Source of the DNA: Terriglobia bacterium
GTDB lineage: Bacteria > Acidobacteriota > Terriglobia > 20CM-2-55-15
Length of the DNA stretch: 64,000 bases
Reading direction: 5' to 3'
Assembly (NCBI GenBank): GCA_963664115.2
Contig: CAXWPJ010000002.1
Location: 512,001 to 576,000, forward strand
Below are positions 1 to 9,777 of this stretch, one piece after another. The translations under genes were made by a program, and so were the position numbers. The notes under the pieces are model-generated. The model did not search any database. It was not told the DNA's origin and saw only the letters and a program-made list of their open reading frames with translations. The number at the start of each line of letters is the position of its first letter. Position 1 is the first letter of the stretch.

Positions 1-6
1 CTGTCA

Positions 7-2274
7 TCAAGCCAGTCCCTTCTGTTTGCGCCAGAACCATTCACCCCCGAGCAAGAGGGTCAACAAAAGAAACAGCACCGGAACGTCCCAGAGCTCGCGT
101 TGTTCGATGATCGAAGACTCGCCGTCGATGTAAACGGCGTCGTCGGGCAGGCTTCCAATAGCCGACAAGGGATAGTAGCGGCCCCCGGAATCCTCGGCCA
201 CAGATCGAAGAAAGCGGCTGTCAAGAGCGGCGTCATAGAACTCGATCGGACGGTCACGCACCTGGAAAGTACTCTCATAGCTGCCGATGTCTTCACCGGC
301 GAAGCTGGCATCCACTTCCATCGTGTAGATTCCCGGCGTACTTCCCGACATCGTCGCCTGATAGGTGCCATCCTGAAGGCCGGTCCACTCGAAGCGCAAC
401 GGCTGGGAATTCCCATCCGGGTCGATCACGCGTCCGACAACGTCAGCGTTGTTCATCCGTTCAAAGCTGGCATCGGAAATATCGGCAAACAGACGGACAG
501 ATTCACCCGGGACATAGCTGTCTCGCTCCGACATCGCCATTACCGGATCGGGAGAATCATTCACGAGCCACCGCAATATCTGGCGCCAGAACATTTCGTG
601 CGTCATGTCCTCGTGGTCCATTTCCATCTGCCAGCGCCAACTGCTGGACGAGGTAAACGCCATCGCACGGCCGCGGCCGTAGCGTTGGTAGGCGAGCAAA
701 ACCGGGCGGTCCCGCCCTCCCGATTCCAACTGGGCATTCGCTAAGACGATCGCGCCAACCTTAGCTTCAGCGACGCGATTGAATTCAGTCAACGGTGGAA
801 GCTCGTCCCACTCGCTGACGTTTTCGTCATCGGCGGGGTTCAGGTTCATCAGTGGATGAGAGCGTCCGTAATCAGACACCTGGACGGTCAAATCCTCGAC
901 AACGAAGTCGGAGTCGCCGTCGCTAAGCCGAACCGGCAGGATGTCGGCGATGGGTGTGTTCTGGTAGCGCCCTTCGCTGAACGAATTCCGGCCGCCCAAC
1001 ATCAAAAACCCACCGCCACGCTCACCAACAAAATCAACGATCATCTGAAGTTGATCCTGCGTAAAGAAGGTTGATTCGATGCTTCCCAGAATCAGACCCT
1101 TGTACTGGAACAACTCTTCCCGCGTCGTCGGAAATCCGTCTGCCAGCGTGTCTTCATTGTCGATGCCCTGACGATAGAACTTGTTTGGAGACGTCCGCAA
1201 CAAGGTCACCAACTGGACGTTCGCGTCGTCTTCCAAAGCACGTCTAAGAAAACGATACTCCCACCGCGGCTCTCCTTCGACGTAAAGAATTTCCGGTTGT
1301 TCGTTCCTGACCTCAATTAGAGTGCTGAGTGTATTGTTCTCCGCGATCCGGTCATCGAAGGCTTCAATCGAGAACTCGAACACACGCGAGCCTTCGTTTG
1401 TGACAGGCAGATCGATCGCGACCTCTCCAATCTGGCCGTCACGAGGAAGGGTGACTTCTTCCGACTTCAGGAGTACGCCGTTTTCCCGCACCTGAAGCGT
1501 GGCGCTGCGACCCGCAAGACCCTCGCTCCGGAACGAAACCTCAGCAACCGCCGTCGCGTCATTGAGACTGTCTCTCGGAGTCAATGCCTGAATAAGCTCG
1601 ACATCACGCTCGATTGCGTCCTCGCCGACGCCGACCGTGTAAATCGGAATACCCCGTGACTGAACACGGGACAGCGCCTCGGTCCACTCCTCGGAGGCGT
1701 TGTCAACGCCATCCGTAACCAAAACGATTCCGGATAGAGGCACCGTGCCCAATTCCTGGTAGAGCAACTCCATCGCACTTTCCATGCGGGTTCGATTTCC
1801 ATTGAACGTCATCCGGTCCAGGTCTTCGATACGTTCGGCTTCCTGATCGAAACGGTAGACGCGGACACGAAACTTTTCCGCAAGTTTCGCGAAAAACTCG
1901 CTGGATTCCAGTTCGGCCATCAGCAGGTCAGCGCGGCTGTCCTGCCCGTTGTCCTGTATCTGCATGCTCTCGGAATTATCGATGACGACGGCAAGATAGG
2001 ATTCCTGAGGCAACACAGTGGAAATATTCAGAACCGGCCGCATGAGGATGAAAGCAAGCACGATGAGCGTGCCCGCCCGAAGAACAACCATTCCCCAGGA
2101 AGAGACCGCAGACGATAGCGTCTGAACCGTCCGGTACAGGAAAAATGCGCCAACGAGCGCAGCGATGGCAAACAGTGCAAAGAAAGCGGGATTGTCCAGA
2201 AACTGAAAACCTAAGGTGCCTCTCTCGTAAACAATCGGCTGATATTTGAATAACGTTTCAAACCAAGTCATCAA
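7..2274 (-). CDS. Membrane-anchored vWA-like / class I glutamine amidotransferase-like domain protein
   Basis: 755 aa. N-terminal TM helices, MIDAS-like DNSESM and TDGVDN, YVEGEPRWEYRFLRR, GGGFLMLGG, YGRGR, C-terminal TM ending EWFWRKQKGLA. Lies downstream of a DUF4159 gene. Confidence 0.8.
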   Translation of the reverse strand: MMTWFETLFKYQPIVYERGTLGFQFLDNPAFFALFAIAALVGAFFLYRTVQTLSSAVSSWGMVVLRAGTLIVLAFILMRPVLNISTVLPQESYLAVVIDNSESMQIQDNGQDSRADLLMAELESSEFFAKLAEKFRVRVYRFDQEAERIEDLDRMTFNGNRTRMESAMELLYQELGTVPLSGIVLVTDGVDNASEEWTEALSRVQSRGIPIYTVGVGEDAIERDVELIQALTPRDSLNDATAVAEVSFRSEGLAGRSATLQVRENGVLLKSEEVTLPRDGQIGEVAIDLPVTNEGSRVFEFSIEAFDDRIAENNTLSTLIEVRNEQPEILYVEGEPRWEYRFLRRALEDDANVQLVTLLRTSPNKFYRQGIDNEDTLADGFPTTREELFQYKGLILGSIESTFFTQDQLQMIVDFVGERGGGFLMLGGRNSFSEGRYQNTPIADILPVRLSDGDSDFVVEDLTVQVSDYGRSHPLMNLNPADDENVSEWDELPPLTEFNRVAEAKVGAIVLANAQLESGGRDRPVLLAYQRYGRGRAMAFTSSSSWRWQMEMDHEDMTHEMFWRQILRWLVNDSPDPVMAMSERDSYVPGESVRLFADISDASFERMNNADVVGRVIDPDGNSQPLRFEWTGLQDGTYQATMSGSTPGIYTMEVDASFAGEDIGSYESTFQVRDRPIEFYDAALDSRFLRSVAEDSGGRYYPLSAIGSLPDDAVYIDGESSIIEQRELWDVPVLFLLLTLLLGGEWFWRKQKGLA

Positions 2275-2335
2275 TTCTACCGACGAGGTCTGATTCGTGC
2301 TGAATCAGATCTCGGTCGACCCCCGTTAACCCACT

Positions 2336-3100
2336 CTAATGAGTCATCGAATAAACGATAAAATTCAGCCCCATGCGATACGCCATCCCTGAAAATTCGT
2401 GAGGGTAGCAGGGTATATCCGCCCACTCCCAGGCGTCTCCCAGATCGGTGTTGTAGTTGATCACCATCATCGGGCGGCGCGCGTCGTCGAAGATGGCCAT
2501 TGCGTAGGGCGTGTAGCCGTCCTGTTCGGATGTTCCATAACCGCCACAGCCATTCCTCACGTTGGGCACCTGCAGGATCTCCTGGATGTCGAAGAAAGAG
2601 TGAAAAATTTCATGCGACATGTCGAGCTGTTCGATCTCCCTGTCCGGAAAGATCATCTTGGCCTGACGATTAAAACTCTGCCATTCGTAAGTGCCCCAGA
2701 AATCATCCACGACCAGGAAACCGCCCCGCATCATATATTCCCGAAGCCGCGCGGCTTCGGGCGGAGTCAACTCCATGTGACCCACCTCGACAGCATAGAG
2801 GAACGGATAGCTGAACAGATTGGGATCCATGATCGGCACTGCAACGTCCTTCTCCAAAACGATCCGGACATTCGAAAGCCGGTCGATGCCGAACATGAAC
2901 TGCTTGTCCGCTTTAGGCCAATCCGTCCTCCAGGAGCCGCCACGACGGCGGGAGAAACCAGCCAGACCCGAGCCGTACACCAGACGCGCAAAAACAAATT
3001 CCGAACCATCGGCCCCTGTGTCGCCGATGATCTGAGCGCGCGGCAACACCTCTGCTGTCAGCAAAAGGATCAGACAGATCGCTAGCATCGGTCGCTTCAT
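2336..3100 (-). CDS. DUF4159 domain protein (secreted)
   Basis: Signal peptide; motifs FVFARLVY, WRTDWP, LREYMMRGGFLVVDDFWG, NTDLGDAWE, AYRMGLNFIVYSMTH. Confidence 0.88.
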   Translation of the reverse strand: MKRPMLAICLILLLTAEVLPRAQIIGDTGADGSEFVFARLVYGSGLAGFSRRRGGSWRTDWPKADKQFMFGIDRLSNVRIVLEKDVAVPIMDPNLFSYPFLYAVEVGHMELTPPEAARLREYMMRGGFLVVDDFWGTYEWQSFNRQAKMIFPDREIEQLDMSHEIFHSFFDIQEILQVPNVRNGCGGYGTSEQDGYTPYAMAIFDDARRPMMVINYNTDLGDAWEWADIPCYPHEFSGMAYRMGLNFIVYSMTH

Positions 3101-3259
3101 ATCCGTTTCAACGCAGTTGAACTCTTGGAGTAGAACGCGCTTATTCTAACCGTAAACCTCCTCAAACAGAAGCCCTTACACCCACAGTAGGCCCCGAAGT
3201 CGCGATATATCACAAATACCTGAAACAAGCCCGTGTTTGCGTTCCGAAGACAGCGGAAA

Positions 3260-3865
3260 TCACAAGCTCGGGGCATCTGGAGGGGAGCTTTCGGCCACAT
3301 GGCGCAACTCGAAAAAATTGATCAATCCATGACCCAAGGCGACGGCGAGCAGGCTCCCGGTGGACTGGTAGACCAGGCCAAAAACGAATCCCAGGGCAAT
3401 GGCGCTGATGGTCCAGGGAATGAGCCGGCGGTTCATCGGATAGTGCAGCAGCCCGAAGACGAGGCTGGTGATCCAAAGTCCCAAGACCGGTTGCATGATC
3501 GCCCGAAAGAAGGTTTCCTCCGCGATGCCACTCGAAACGGCCAGGACCAATATTCCCCTCAGGTCGAGAGGCGCTAAAAAAAAGCGGAATTCTTCTTCGA
3601 GTCGTTTCGCCCATTGAAAGGTTCCACGCATTGCCCGCGCGCCTGAAAGCACCGCGACAGCAATCAGAACGCCGATCAATACGTTCATAGCCGTTCGAGG
3701 CCAAGCCGGAAGGGTGAACATCGAAACCAGGCGGCCTTGCCAAACAGCCAGAGCCAGGGACATTGCAAACAAAATCCCGTATCCGATGAGGGAGGAACGA
3801 ACAATCGACGGCCCCAGTCTCACCGTGCTCCATTCGAATCTTCGCCTGAATCTCGGCCGGGCCAT
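3260..3865 (-). CDS. CPBP (CAAX/Abi) family intramembrane metalloprotease
   Basis: Hydrophobic ORF with EETFFR, FGLLH and HGLIN motifs; start codon uncertain. Confidence 0.85.
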   Translation of the reverse strand: MARPRFRRRFEWSTVRLGPSIVRSSLIGYGILFAMSLALAVWQGRLVSMFTLPAWPRTAMNVLIGVLIAVAVLSGARAMRGTFQWAKRLEEEFRFFLAPLDLRGILVLAVSSGIAEETFFRAIMQPVLGLWITSLVFGLLHYPMNRRLIPWTISAIALGFVFGLVYQSTGSLLAVALGHGLINFFELRHVAESSPPDAPSL

Positions 3866-4473
3866 TCGCATTCAATGCCCAATTCCTCGAAAGCCTGGAG
3901 GAGACCCGAGGCAGAGAAGAATCGATGAACCTGCATGCCATGGGTACGCCCGGCTACGATATTTTCTTCCCGGTCATCTATGAACAAGACCGCTTCGGGA
4001 GGGTTGCCGGTCGCTTTAATGGCTGCCTCGAAGATCTTCGGGTCCGGTTTCAAGGCGCCGATTTCATAGGAAAGAATGTGGTGCGTGAAACAATCGAAAA
4101 CGTCATAGTTGCGGCGGATATGGTCTGCGTGGACCTCATTCGTATTCGAAACCAGTGTCATCGTGTAGCGCCTGGCGAGACTCGATAGAAGCGCCGTCGG
4201 GAGGATGGGAGTCGGATCGAACACTTCAGACCACACACGGCGAAATTCAGCGAAGCTCATCTTAAGAGCGCCGTTCATGCTGAGGAACTGATGAAACTCC
4301 TCGCTTGAAATCTCTCCGCTTTCATAGCGACGAATCCAGCCGGAATCCCACAGAACGGCGAGGAAGGCTTCGCGGTCGAGATCGCAACGTGAGGCAAGTG
4401 CCGATTCGCATTCCGCCATGTCGAAATCCACGATGACACGGCCAAGATCGAACAGGATGGCTTCTATTTTCAC
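3820..4473 (-). CDS. HAD-family phosphatase (YihX-like)
   Basis: LFDLGRVI (motif I), SNTN, KPDPKIF, FIDDREEN. Confidence 0.9.
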   Translation of the reverse strand: MKIEAILFDLGRVIVDFDMAECESALASRCDLDREAFLAVLWDSGWIRRYESGEISSEEFHQFLSMNGALKMSFAEFRRVWSEVFDPTPILPTALLSSLARRYTMTLVSNTNEVHADHIRRNYDVFDCFTHHILSYEIGALKPDPKIFEAAIKATGNPPEAVLFIDDREENIVAGRTHGMQVHRFFSASGLLQAFEELGIECEWPGRDSGEDSNGAR

Positions 4474-4634
4474 GGTGAGATCTTAGCATTCATGCAGGCG
4501 ACAAACCCCAGCGCTGTAGGCCTCTTCACCTGTCGGTGCAGTCTATGATCGCACGGTCTCAGCAAGGATTTGTACGTTCATAGAGCGCACTTCCCGAACA
4601 AGCTGTTTCCGGCCCTTAGGTATACTGGTTACCT

Positions 4635-4946
4635 ATGGCGCCAATCAGTCAGTTCGGAAAAGGAAATGGCCGGCAGAGACTCACCGGGCGGCGGCGGACC
4701 ACACCCACCGAATCCACCCGCAGGGAATCGGAATACATCGACTGGTTGTCGAAGAATCGGATCCCCGTCGTCGTCAAGCTTGTGGATGATGAGGAAGTAC
4801 GCGGCTGGATCGAATACTACGACCGCGACATCGTGCGGCTGACCCGCCATAGAGATGCGAACCTCTTTATCTATAAAGAGCGCGTCAAATATATCTACGA
4901 AGAACCTGCCAACGGGCGCCGTCGGCGCCAAGCCAACAAGGCCTAG
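4635..4946 (+). CDS. Hfq-like Sm-fold RNA chaperone
   Basis: YIDWLSKNRIPVVVKLVDDEEVRGWIEYYDRDIVRL...LFIYKERVKYI aligns by eye with the Hfq Sm1/Sm2 pattern; Arg-rich tails. Confidence 0.7.
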   Translation: MAPISQFGKGNGRQRLTGRRRTTPTESTRRESEYIDWLSKNRIPVVVKLVDDEEVRGWIEYYDRDIVRLTRHRDANLFIYKERVKYIYEEPANGRRRRQANKA

Positions 4947-5040
4947 GACCGGAACGGAATTCCACTCTTCAAGCGGGTTTAGTGGTGCCGGATCGCGATC
5001 GGCGTAAACGGCATACCCTGGGAAGCGTTCCGGATCTTTT

Positions 5041-5127
5041 GCCCAAAGACAAGCAGATCCATATCATCTGCGACAACTATGCGACGCACAAACACCAGAA
5101 AGTCGTCAACTGGCTCAAGCGCAACTC
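5041..5127 (+). pseudogene. IS630-family transposase remnant
   Basis: Translates to PKDKQIHIICDNYATHKHQKVVNWLKRN, the D-N-Y-x-T-H-K block of IS630 transposases; flanks are unrelated. Confidence 0.75.
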
Positions 5128-5131
5128 AGAG

Positions 5132-6427
5132 TCAAACGCAATGCCACCGTGGGGTATTCTGCTCTGTTCCGGAGGCCATAACCAGAATACCACCACCGTT
5201 CATATTAATGCATACATCGTTCAAAGAATCGTTGTAGGTGCTCGCGATGAACAGGCCGCCGTTGATCTGGGTCCCACCAGCCAGCGTCACCGCGTAGTGT
5301 GTCCCTTGGGCAGGCGTCGTATCGCACTCGGCCGGATCCACGACGATGACCAGGCCGTTCCATTCGGTGTTCCCGCCCATCGTCAGCGCACCATTTACGA
5401 CCAGCAGGCCCCACCCTGTTGTGTTTCCGCCTATTGAACAATCACCGGTCACGACAATCACGACCGGTGACGACACCGAACCCACGTCCGAAGAGGGACA
5501 GGTTGTGGATGTGGCATTGGATTCGATAGCTTCCACGATTGAATTCAGTCCGTCAACAGTCGTCATTACTGGATCGAGGTCGCCCGAGATGTTTTCGACA
5601 TCGGGTCCTGTGCTCCCACCGGTATCGCACGGTTCGGAAAACGTGGTCCCGCTTCCGCAATACGCTTTGGAACGATCCGGGTTTGTCGTAATGTCATTGG
5701 ATACTGCAGTGTCAGACATAGCATCGATTACACCGACCCCATTCACAGAAGGTCCTCCAGCGGCGTCATTACCGGCCACAGCAAAGCCATTCGAGCTTCC
5801 CGGACCGAATGCGTTGTTGGGTACAGATCCGTCCAGGGTCAAAGCCGAGGGAACGTCTGGAAAGCGGCCCTTCCTCACGTCGACTTCGATCAGCATCTCG
5901 CTGTTATCGATCACAGCGATCGAAACGAGGGTGACGACTTCGTTGGTGTCGGTGGTCGAAGTCACTCCGTCGGCAGCGTCGTTTCTGACAAAAACCGTGT
6001 ACGTTCCGATAGTCGTGGCGCCCGAGGTTACAGCGACCGCGTCAGCGTAACGCGGCTCGACGGCTGCAGTCAGAGCCAAGAGCGTATCGACATCAACCGA
6101 CGAAGAGAAAGCCGTGTCCGTACCGTCGAAATCTTTCAACACTTCGGTGATCCCCTCCGGCAGGGTGTCGATGGCATCCACGGCGCTGGCATTGATCTTG
6201 GTCTCAACCGCGCTCCGCAGCGACTCCCGGGCGGCTTCAATGCCGGCTTCGGCAACGAACAGAAGCTGGGCGTTCGTCCGGTAGTTCATCCCGATTCGCA
6301 TATCAACCGTCGTGCTCGACAGCAATGCAGCGCCGACGATGGTCAAAAATGACAGCAGCATCAGGGCTGTAATCAACGCCATACCTTTTTGTGATTGCAC
6401 TACTGGGTTCCCCAAAGGATCTTTCAT
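5132..6427 (-). CDS. PilX N-terminal domain (type IV minor pilin-like) protein, 3' end possibly truncated
   Basis: QKG|MALITALMLL prepilin-type N-terminus; AQLLFVAEAGIEAAR; Gly/Thr-rich beta-repeat C-terminus. Confidence 0.8.
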   Translation of the reverse strand: MKDPLGNPVVQSQKGMALITALMLLSFLTIVGAALLSSTTVDMRIGMNYRTNAQLLFVAEAGIEAARESLRSAVETKINASAVDAIDTLPEGITEVLKDFDGTDTAFSSSVDVDTLLALTAAVEPRYADAVAVTSGATTIGTYTVFVRNDAADGVTSTTDTNEVVTLVSIAVIDNSEMLIEVDVRKGRFPDVPSALTLDGSVPNNAFGPGSSNGFAVAGNDAAGGPSVNGVGVIDAMSDTAVSNDITTNPDRSKAYCGSGTTFSEPCDTGGSTGPDVENISGDLDPVMTTVDGLNSIVEAIESNATSTTCPSSDVGSVSSPVVIVVTGDCSIGGNTTGWGLLVVNGALTMGGNTEWNGLVIVVDPAECDTTPAQGTHYAVTLAGGTQINGGLFIASTYNDSLNDVCINMNGGGILVMASGTEQNTPRWHCV

Positions 6428-6495
6428 GCCTCCACCTTAACGCTCGGACACGGCTCTCGGCAAGGTTTCTAAGCTTGACTCCGAGACCCCGATTA

Positions 6496-6513
6496 TACCA
6501 ACATATGTTAGGT
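6496..6513. promoter_or_regulatory. Candidate LexA operator (palindrome AACATATGTT, 6500-6509)
   Basis: Perfect 10-bp palindrome 2 nt before the lexA GTG; core matches AAC-N4-GTT of the GAAC-N4-GTTC SOS box. Confidence 0.5.
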
Positions 6514-7129
6514 GAAGGAACTGACTGCAAGGCAGGCCGAAGTTCTCCGCTTCATCGGCGAACACGGCAAACGCAATGGATTCCCCCCATCCGTACGGGA
6601 CATTGGCAATCGATTCGGATTGAATCCCGCCACGGTCCACGACCATATCAAAGCGCTGGAGCGCAAAGGGCGTCTTTTCCGTCAGCCCAACCGCTCGCGC
6701 TCACTCGTAGTGATCAAACCGGATGGCCCCACAGACGAACACCTCACACCGAAAGAAGTTCCGGTGATCGGACGGGTTGCCGCCGGCGCACCCATCCTTG
6801 CCCAGGAAAACATCGAAGATGTCCTGCGCCTTCCCGATGGCTGGGCGCCGGAAGGCGCCTTCTTGCTTCGGGTCGAAGGCGACAGCATGCAGGATGCCCA
6901 CATCCTCGACGGAGACTACGTCCTTGTTCGCCCCGATAAGACTGCGTCTAACGGCGAGATCGTCGTCGCGATGATCGATGACGAAGCGACGGTCAAGCGC
7001 TTCTACCGAAAGAAAAATAGTGTGGAATTGCGTCCGGAGAACCCGGCGTACGCGCCCATCGAAGTTCGGGGATCGGAAGCAAGCGGTTTCAGCATCGTCG
7101 GAAAAGTCATCGGCGTCTTCCGGGTGTAG
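6512..7129 (+). CDS. lexA: SOS repressor LexA
   Basis: LTARQAEVL and GFPPSVRDIG winged HTH; VAAGAP Ala-Gly cleavage site; GDSM catalytic Ser; ATVKR catalytic Lys. Confidence 0.97.
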   Translation: MKELTARQAEVLRFIGEHGKRNGFPPSVRDIGNRFGLNPATVHDHIKALERKGRLFRQPNRSRSLVVIKPDGPTDEHLTPKEVPVIGRVAAGAPILAQENIEDVLRLPDGWAPEGAFLLRVEGDSMQDAHILDGDYVLVRPDKTASNGEIVVAMIDDEATVKRFYRKKNSVELRPENPAYAPIEVRGSEASGFSIVGKVIGVFRV

Positions 7130-7151
7130 GTACCGACCCTAAAAAAGAATC

Positions 7152-7225
7152 AACGCAGAGGCACGGAGGACGCGGAGAACGCAAAGAAGAAATAATTTTC
7201 TCCGCATCCTCTGTGTCTCTCCGTT
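7152..7225. repeat. REP-like imperfect inverted repeat between convergent lexA and smr
   Basis: 7152-7179 matches the reverse complement of 7198-7225 at 24/28 positions; arms have about 9-nt periodicity. Confidence 0.7.
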
Positions 7226-7253
7226 AAAAAAAACTTTGGCGTGTCGGAGTGAT

Positions 7254-7934
7254 TTACAGGCGCGTGCGCAATAAAACGTAAACGGCGCCCCCACCTCCAT
7301 CGACAAGCCGAGCGGAGGTGTAGGCAATGACGAACCGCGCCAACCTCCGGTGACGGAGCCATTGTTCCACCTTCTCCTTCATCAATGGACGTTTACCCAT
7401 GGAGTGACGCCCCCGTCCGTGAACCACGCGCACACAACCATAGCCGGCTCGAACCGAGGCCTCTATGAACGTGTCCAGGGCCGGGCGGGCCTGATCCAGT
7501 GTCATGCCGTGGAGATCCAGGTGGGCCTGAATCGCGAACCGTCCCGTGCGCAGGTCGTCGAGGTATAGACGGCCGATATCTTGGGCCACGTGCTCGACGT
7601 ATTCGCGGGTATGCACAGGTTCAACCCGCCCACTGCGGCAGAATTCTTCAAGCACCCTCAAAGCTTCTTCTTCATCGCGGTTTGATCGAATCGCGACGGG
7701 TTGGGCCACACGCGCCGGACCTTCGTTTCGGTCCAGGGGCCGCACGTCCTGCATCGAGGCATCGAATATTTCCGCGTCTGACGGATTGGGTTCTGGGGGG
7801 CCGGATGGAACGTCACCGATCTTTCGCTCTTCAGGGGCTGGGACAGGCTCGCTCTTGTTTTGTTTCTGATCGTCGGCCAGACGGATCCGCCCCTGTTTAA
7901 CCCACTGCTCCAGAATTGCAAATGGACGGTGCAT
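7254..7934 (-). CDS. Smr/MutS2 family endonuclease
   Basis: HLDLHGMT, VVHGRGRHS, DGGGGAVYVLLR. Confidence 0.92.
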   Translation of the reverse strand: MHRPFAILEQWVKQGRIRLADDQKQNKSEPVPAPEERKIGDVPSGPPEPNPSDAEIFDASMQDVRPLDRNEGPARVAQPVAIRSNRDEEEALRVLEEFCRSGRVEPVHTREYVEHVAQDIGRLYLDDLRTGRFAIQAHLDLHGMTLDQARPALDTFIEASVRAGYGCVRVVHGRGRHSMGKRPLMKEKVEQWLRHRRLARFVIAYTSARLVDGGGGAVYVLLRTRL

Positions 7935-7968
7935 TTCGAATTCCTGACCTTAGTCCGTGGAGACCCTT

Positions 7969-9705
7969 CTAATGACCGAAGCGGTTGGTGATCGGCATGC
8001 GACGGTCCCGCCCGAACGCGCGCGGCGTAATCTTTACACCGGGCGCAGCCTGACGGCGCTTGTACTCGCTGAAATCCACAAGGCTGACAACATAACGAAC
8101 CGTTTCGGAATCGAAGCCCATTGCTATCATCTCATCCACGCTGTGATCGTTCTCAACGTAGGCCTGGAGGATGGGATCGAGTTGATCGTAAGGCGGCAGC
8201 GAGTCGGTGTCCTTCTGATCCGGACGGAGCTCAGCCGATGGCGGTTTATCTATGATGGCGCGGGGTATGCGTTCCAACCCAGCTTCACGATTGCAGAACC
8301 GGGCCAAACTGAAGACCATCGTCTTGGGTACGTCTTTCAGGACGGCAAAGCCACCCGCCATGTCGCCGTAGAGCGTGCAGTAACCCACGCTGATTTCGCT
8401 TTTGTTGCCTGTACTCAACACCAGCCATCCGAACTTGTTCGACAAGGCCATCATCAGATTGCCACGAACCCGGGCCTGGAGATTCTCTTCGGTAACATCG
8501 GAATCACTGTCTTTGAAAAATGACTCTAGAACGGATTCGTACGCGTCCACAGCCTCTGCGATGGGAATCGTCATCAGTTCGATACCCAGGCTCAGGGCAA
8601 GGGCCTTCGAGTCTTCGACACTGCCTTCAGAGGAAAACTTCGAAGGCATGCTCACGCCGACGACGTTCGAGCTCCCGAGCGCGTCCACGGCGACAATTGC
8701 TGTGAGTGCCGAATCGATGCCGCCACTGAGTCCGATGACTACCTTGTGGAACTTATTCTTGCGGACATAGTCCCGTGTTCCGACGACAAGCGCTCGGTAG
8801 ACCTCCCCATCCTCCCCCAGGGGCTCTAAAGGTTTCACTTCAGGCAGGGGTTTCCGTCCGCCGGCGTGTGCGGGGACAGACACGTAGGTGACGGGATCGG
8901 AACCCGGACTCTGCCTGTGACTCGGATCTTTGAGGCGGGAACGACGGACACCCTCCAGGTCGAGATCAACCACGACCAACTCTTCTTCAAACTGGGCGCC
9001 ACGCGCGACGATAATGCCTTTCTCATCGAACACCAGACTGTCCCCGTCGAAAACGAGTTCGTCCTGACCACCCACCATATTGTTGTAAGCCACAATAGCC
9101 GTATTCTCTGTGGCCCGCGTCCGGAGCATGGACTCGCGCTCATGGCGTTTACCCGCGTGGTATGGAGACGAAGAAATATTGATAAGAATCTCGGCCCCAG
9201 CGTCCATCGCCTGTTGGGCAGCCGGGCCATCTCGATACCAGATATCCTCACAGATACAGAGACCCACACGTACGTCACCAACTTCAATCAACGTCGACAG
9301 CTTCCCGACCTGAAAATATCGACATTCGTCGAAGACACCGTAGTTGGGCAGACAGATCTTGTGGTAAACGCCTGCGGTTTGACCGTCTTTCAGGATAGCG
9401 GCGGCGTTATAGATGTCTTCGCGTCCATCTACAAACCCCACGACGGCCGTGATACCGCTGACAGAGGCGGCCAGTGCTTTGAGGGTCTCGTGATTGCGAT
9501 CGATAAATCGGGGCTTAAGCAGAAGATCTTCCGGGGGATAGCCAGTCAGGGCGAGTTCGGGAAACGTTACGAGGTCGGCCTCAAGATCCCGCGCCCGTCC
9601 TATCCAGTCGAGGATCTTCGCTGCGTTCCCTTCCAAATCGCCGACGACCGCGTTGATCTGCGCCATCGCCAGCCTCAGATTCAACCCTCCGGCCATGGTC
9701 GTCAT
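7969..9705 (-). CDS. nadE: Glutamine-dependent NAD+ synthetase
   Basis: Nitrilase domain (FPEL, LPNYGVFDE, ICEDIW) fused to synthetase domain (SGGIDS, ENLQAR, TGNKSE, PSAEL). Confidence 0.97.
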   Translation of the reverse strand: MTTMAGGLNLRLAMAQINAVVGDLEGNAAKILDWIGRARDLEADLVTFPELALTGYPPEDLLLKPRFIDRNHETLKALAASVSGITAVVGFVDGREDIYNAAAILKDGQTAGVYHKICLPNYGVFDECRYFQVGKLSTLIEVGDVRVGLCICEDIWYRDGPAAQQAMDAGAEILINISSSPYHAGKRHERESMLRTRATENTAIVAYNNMVGGQDELVFDGDSLVFDEKGIIVARGAQFEEELVVVDLDLEGVRRSRLKDPSHRQSPGSDPVTYVSVPAHAGGRKPLPEVKPLEPLGEDGEVYRALVVGTRDYVRKNKFHKVVIGLSGGIDSALTAIVAVDALGSSNVVGVSMPSKFSSEGSVEDSKALALSLGIELMTIPIAEAVDAYESVLESFFKDSDSDVTEENLQARVRGNLMMALSNKFGWLVLSTGNKSEISVGYCTLYGDMAGGFAVLKDVPKTMVFSLARFCNREAGLERIPRAIIDKPPSAELRPDQKDTDSLPPYDQLDPILQAYVENDHSVDEMIAMGFDSETVRYVVSLVDFSEYKRRQAAPGVKITPRAFGRDRRMPITNRFGH

Positions 9706-9777
9706 CGTAACACGCAGGAAGAATCGAGCGCGGCCCTCGAGATTCCTGTCAGGGGTTGCCAGGTCGTGGAGGATGCG

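Noticed and set aside
2285-2313. 12-bp hairpin between the DUF4159 and vWA genes
   Set aside because: No U-tract and intra-operonic; probably an ordinary stability or processing stem.
4982-5437. 151-aa ORF as a transposase gene
   Set aside because: Only about 29 residues resemble IS630; the rest is antisense to pilX.
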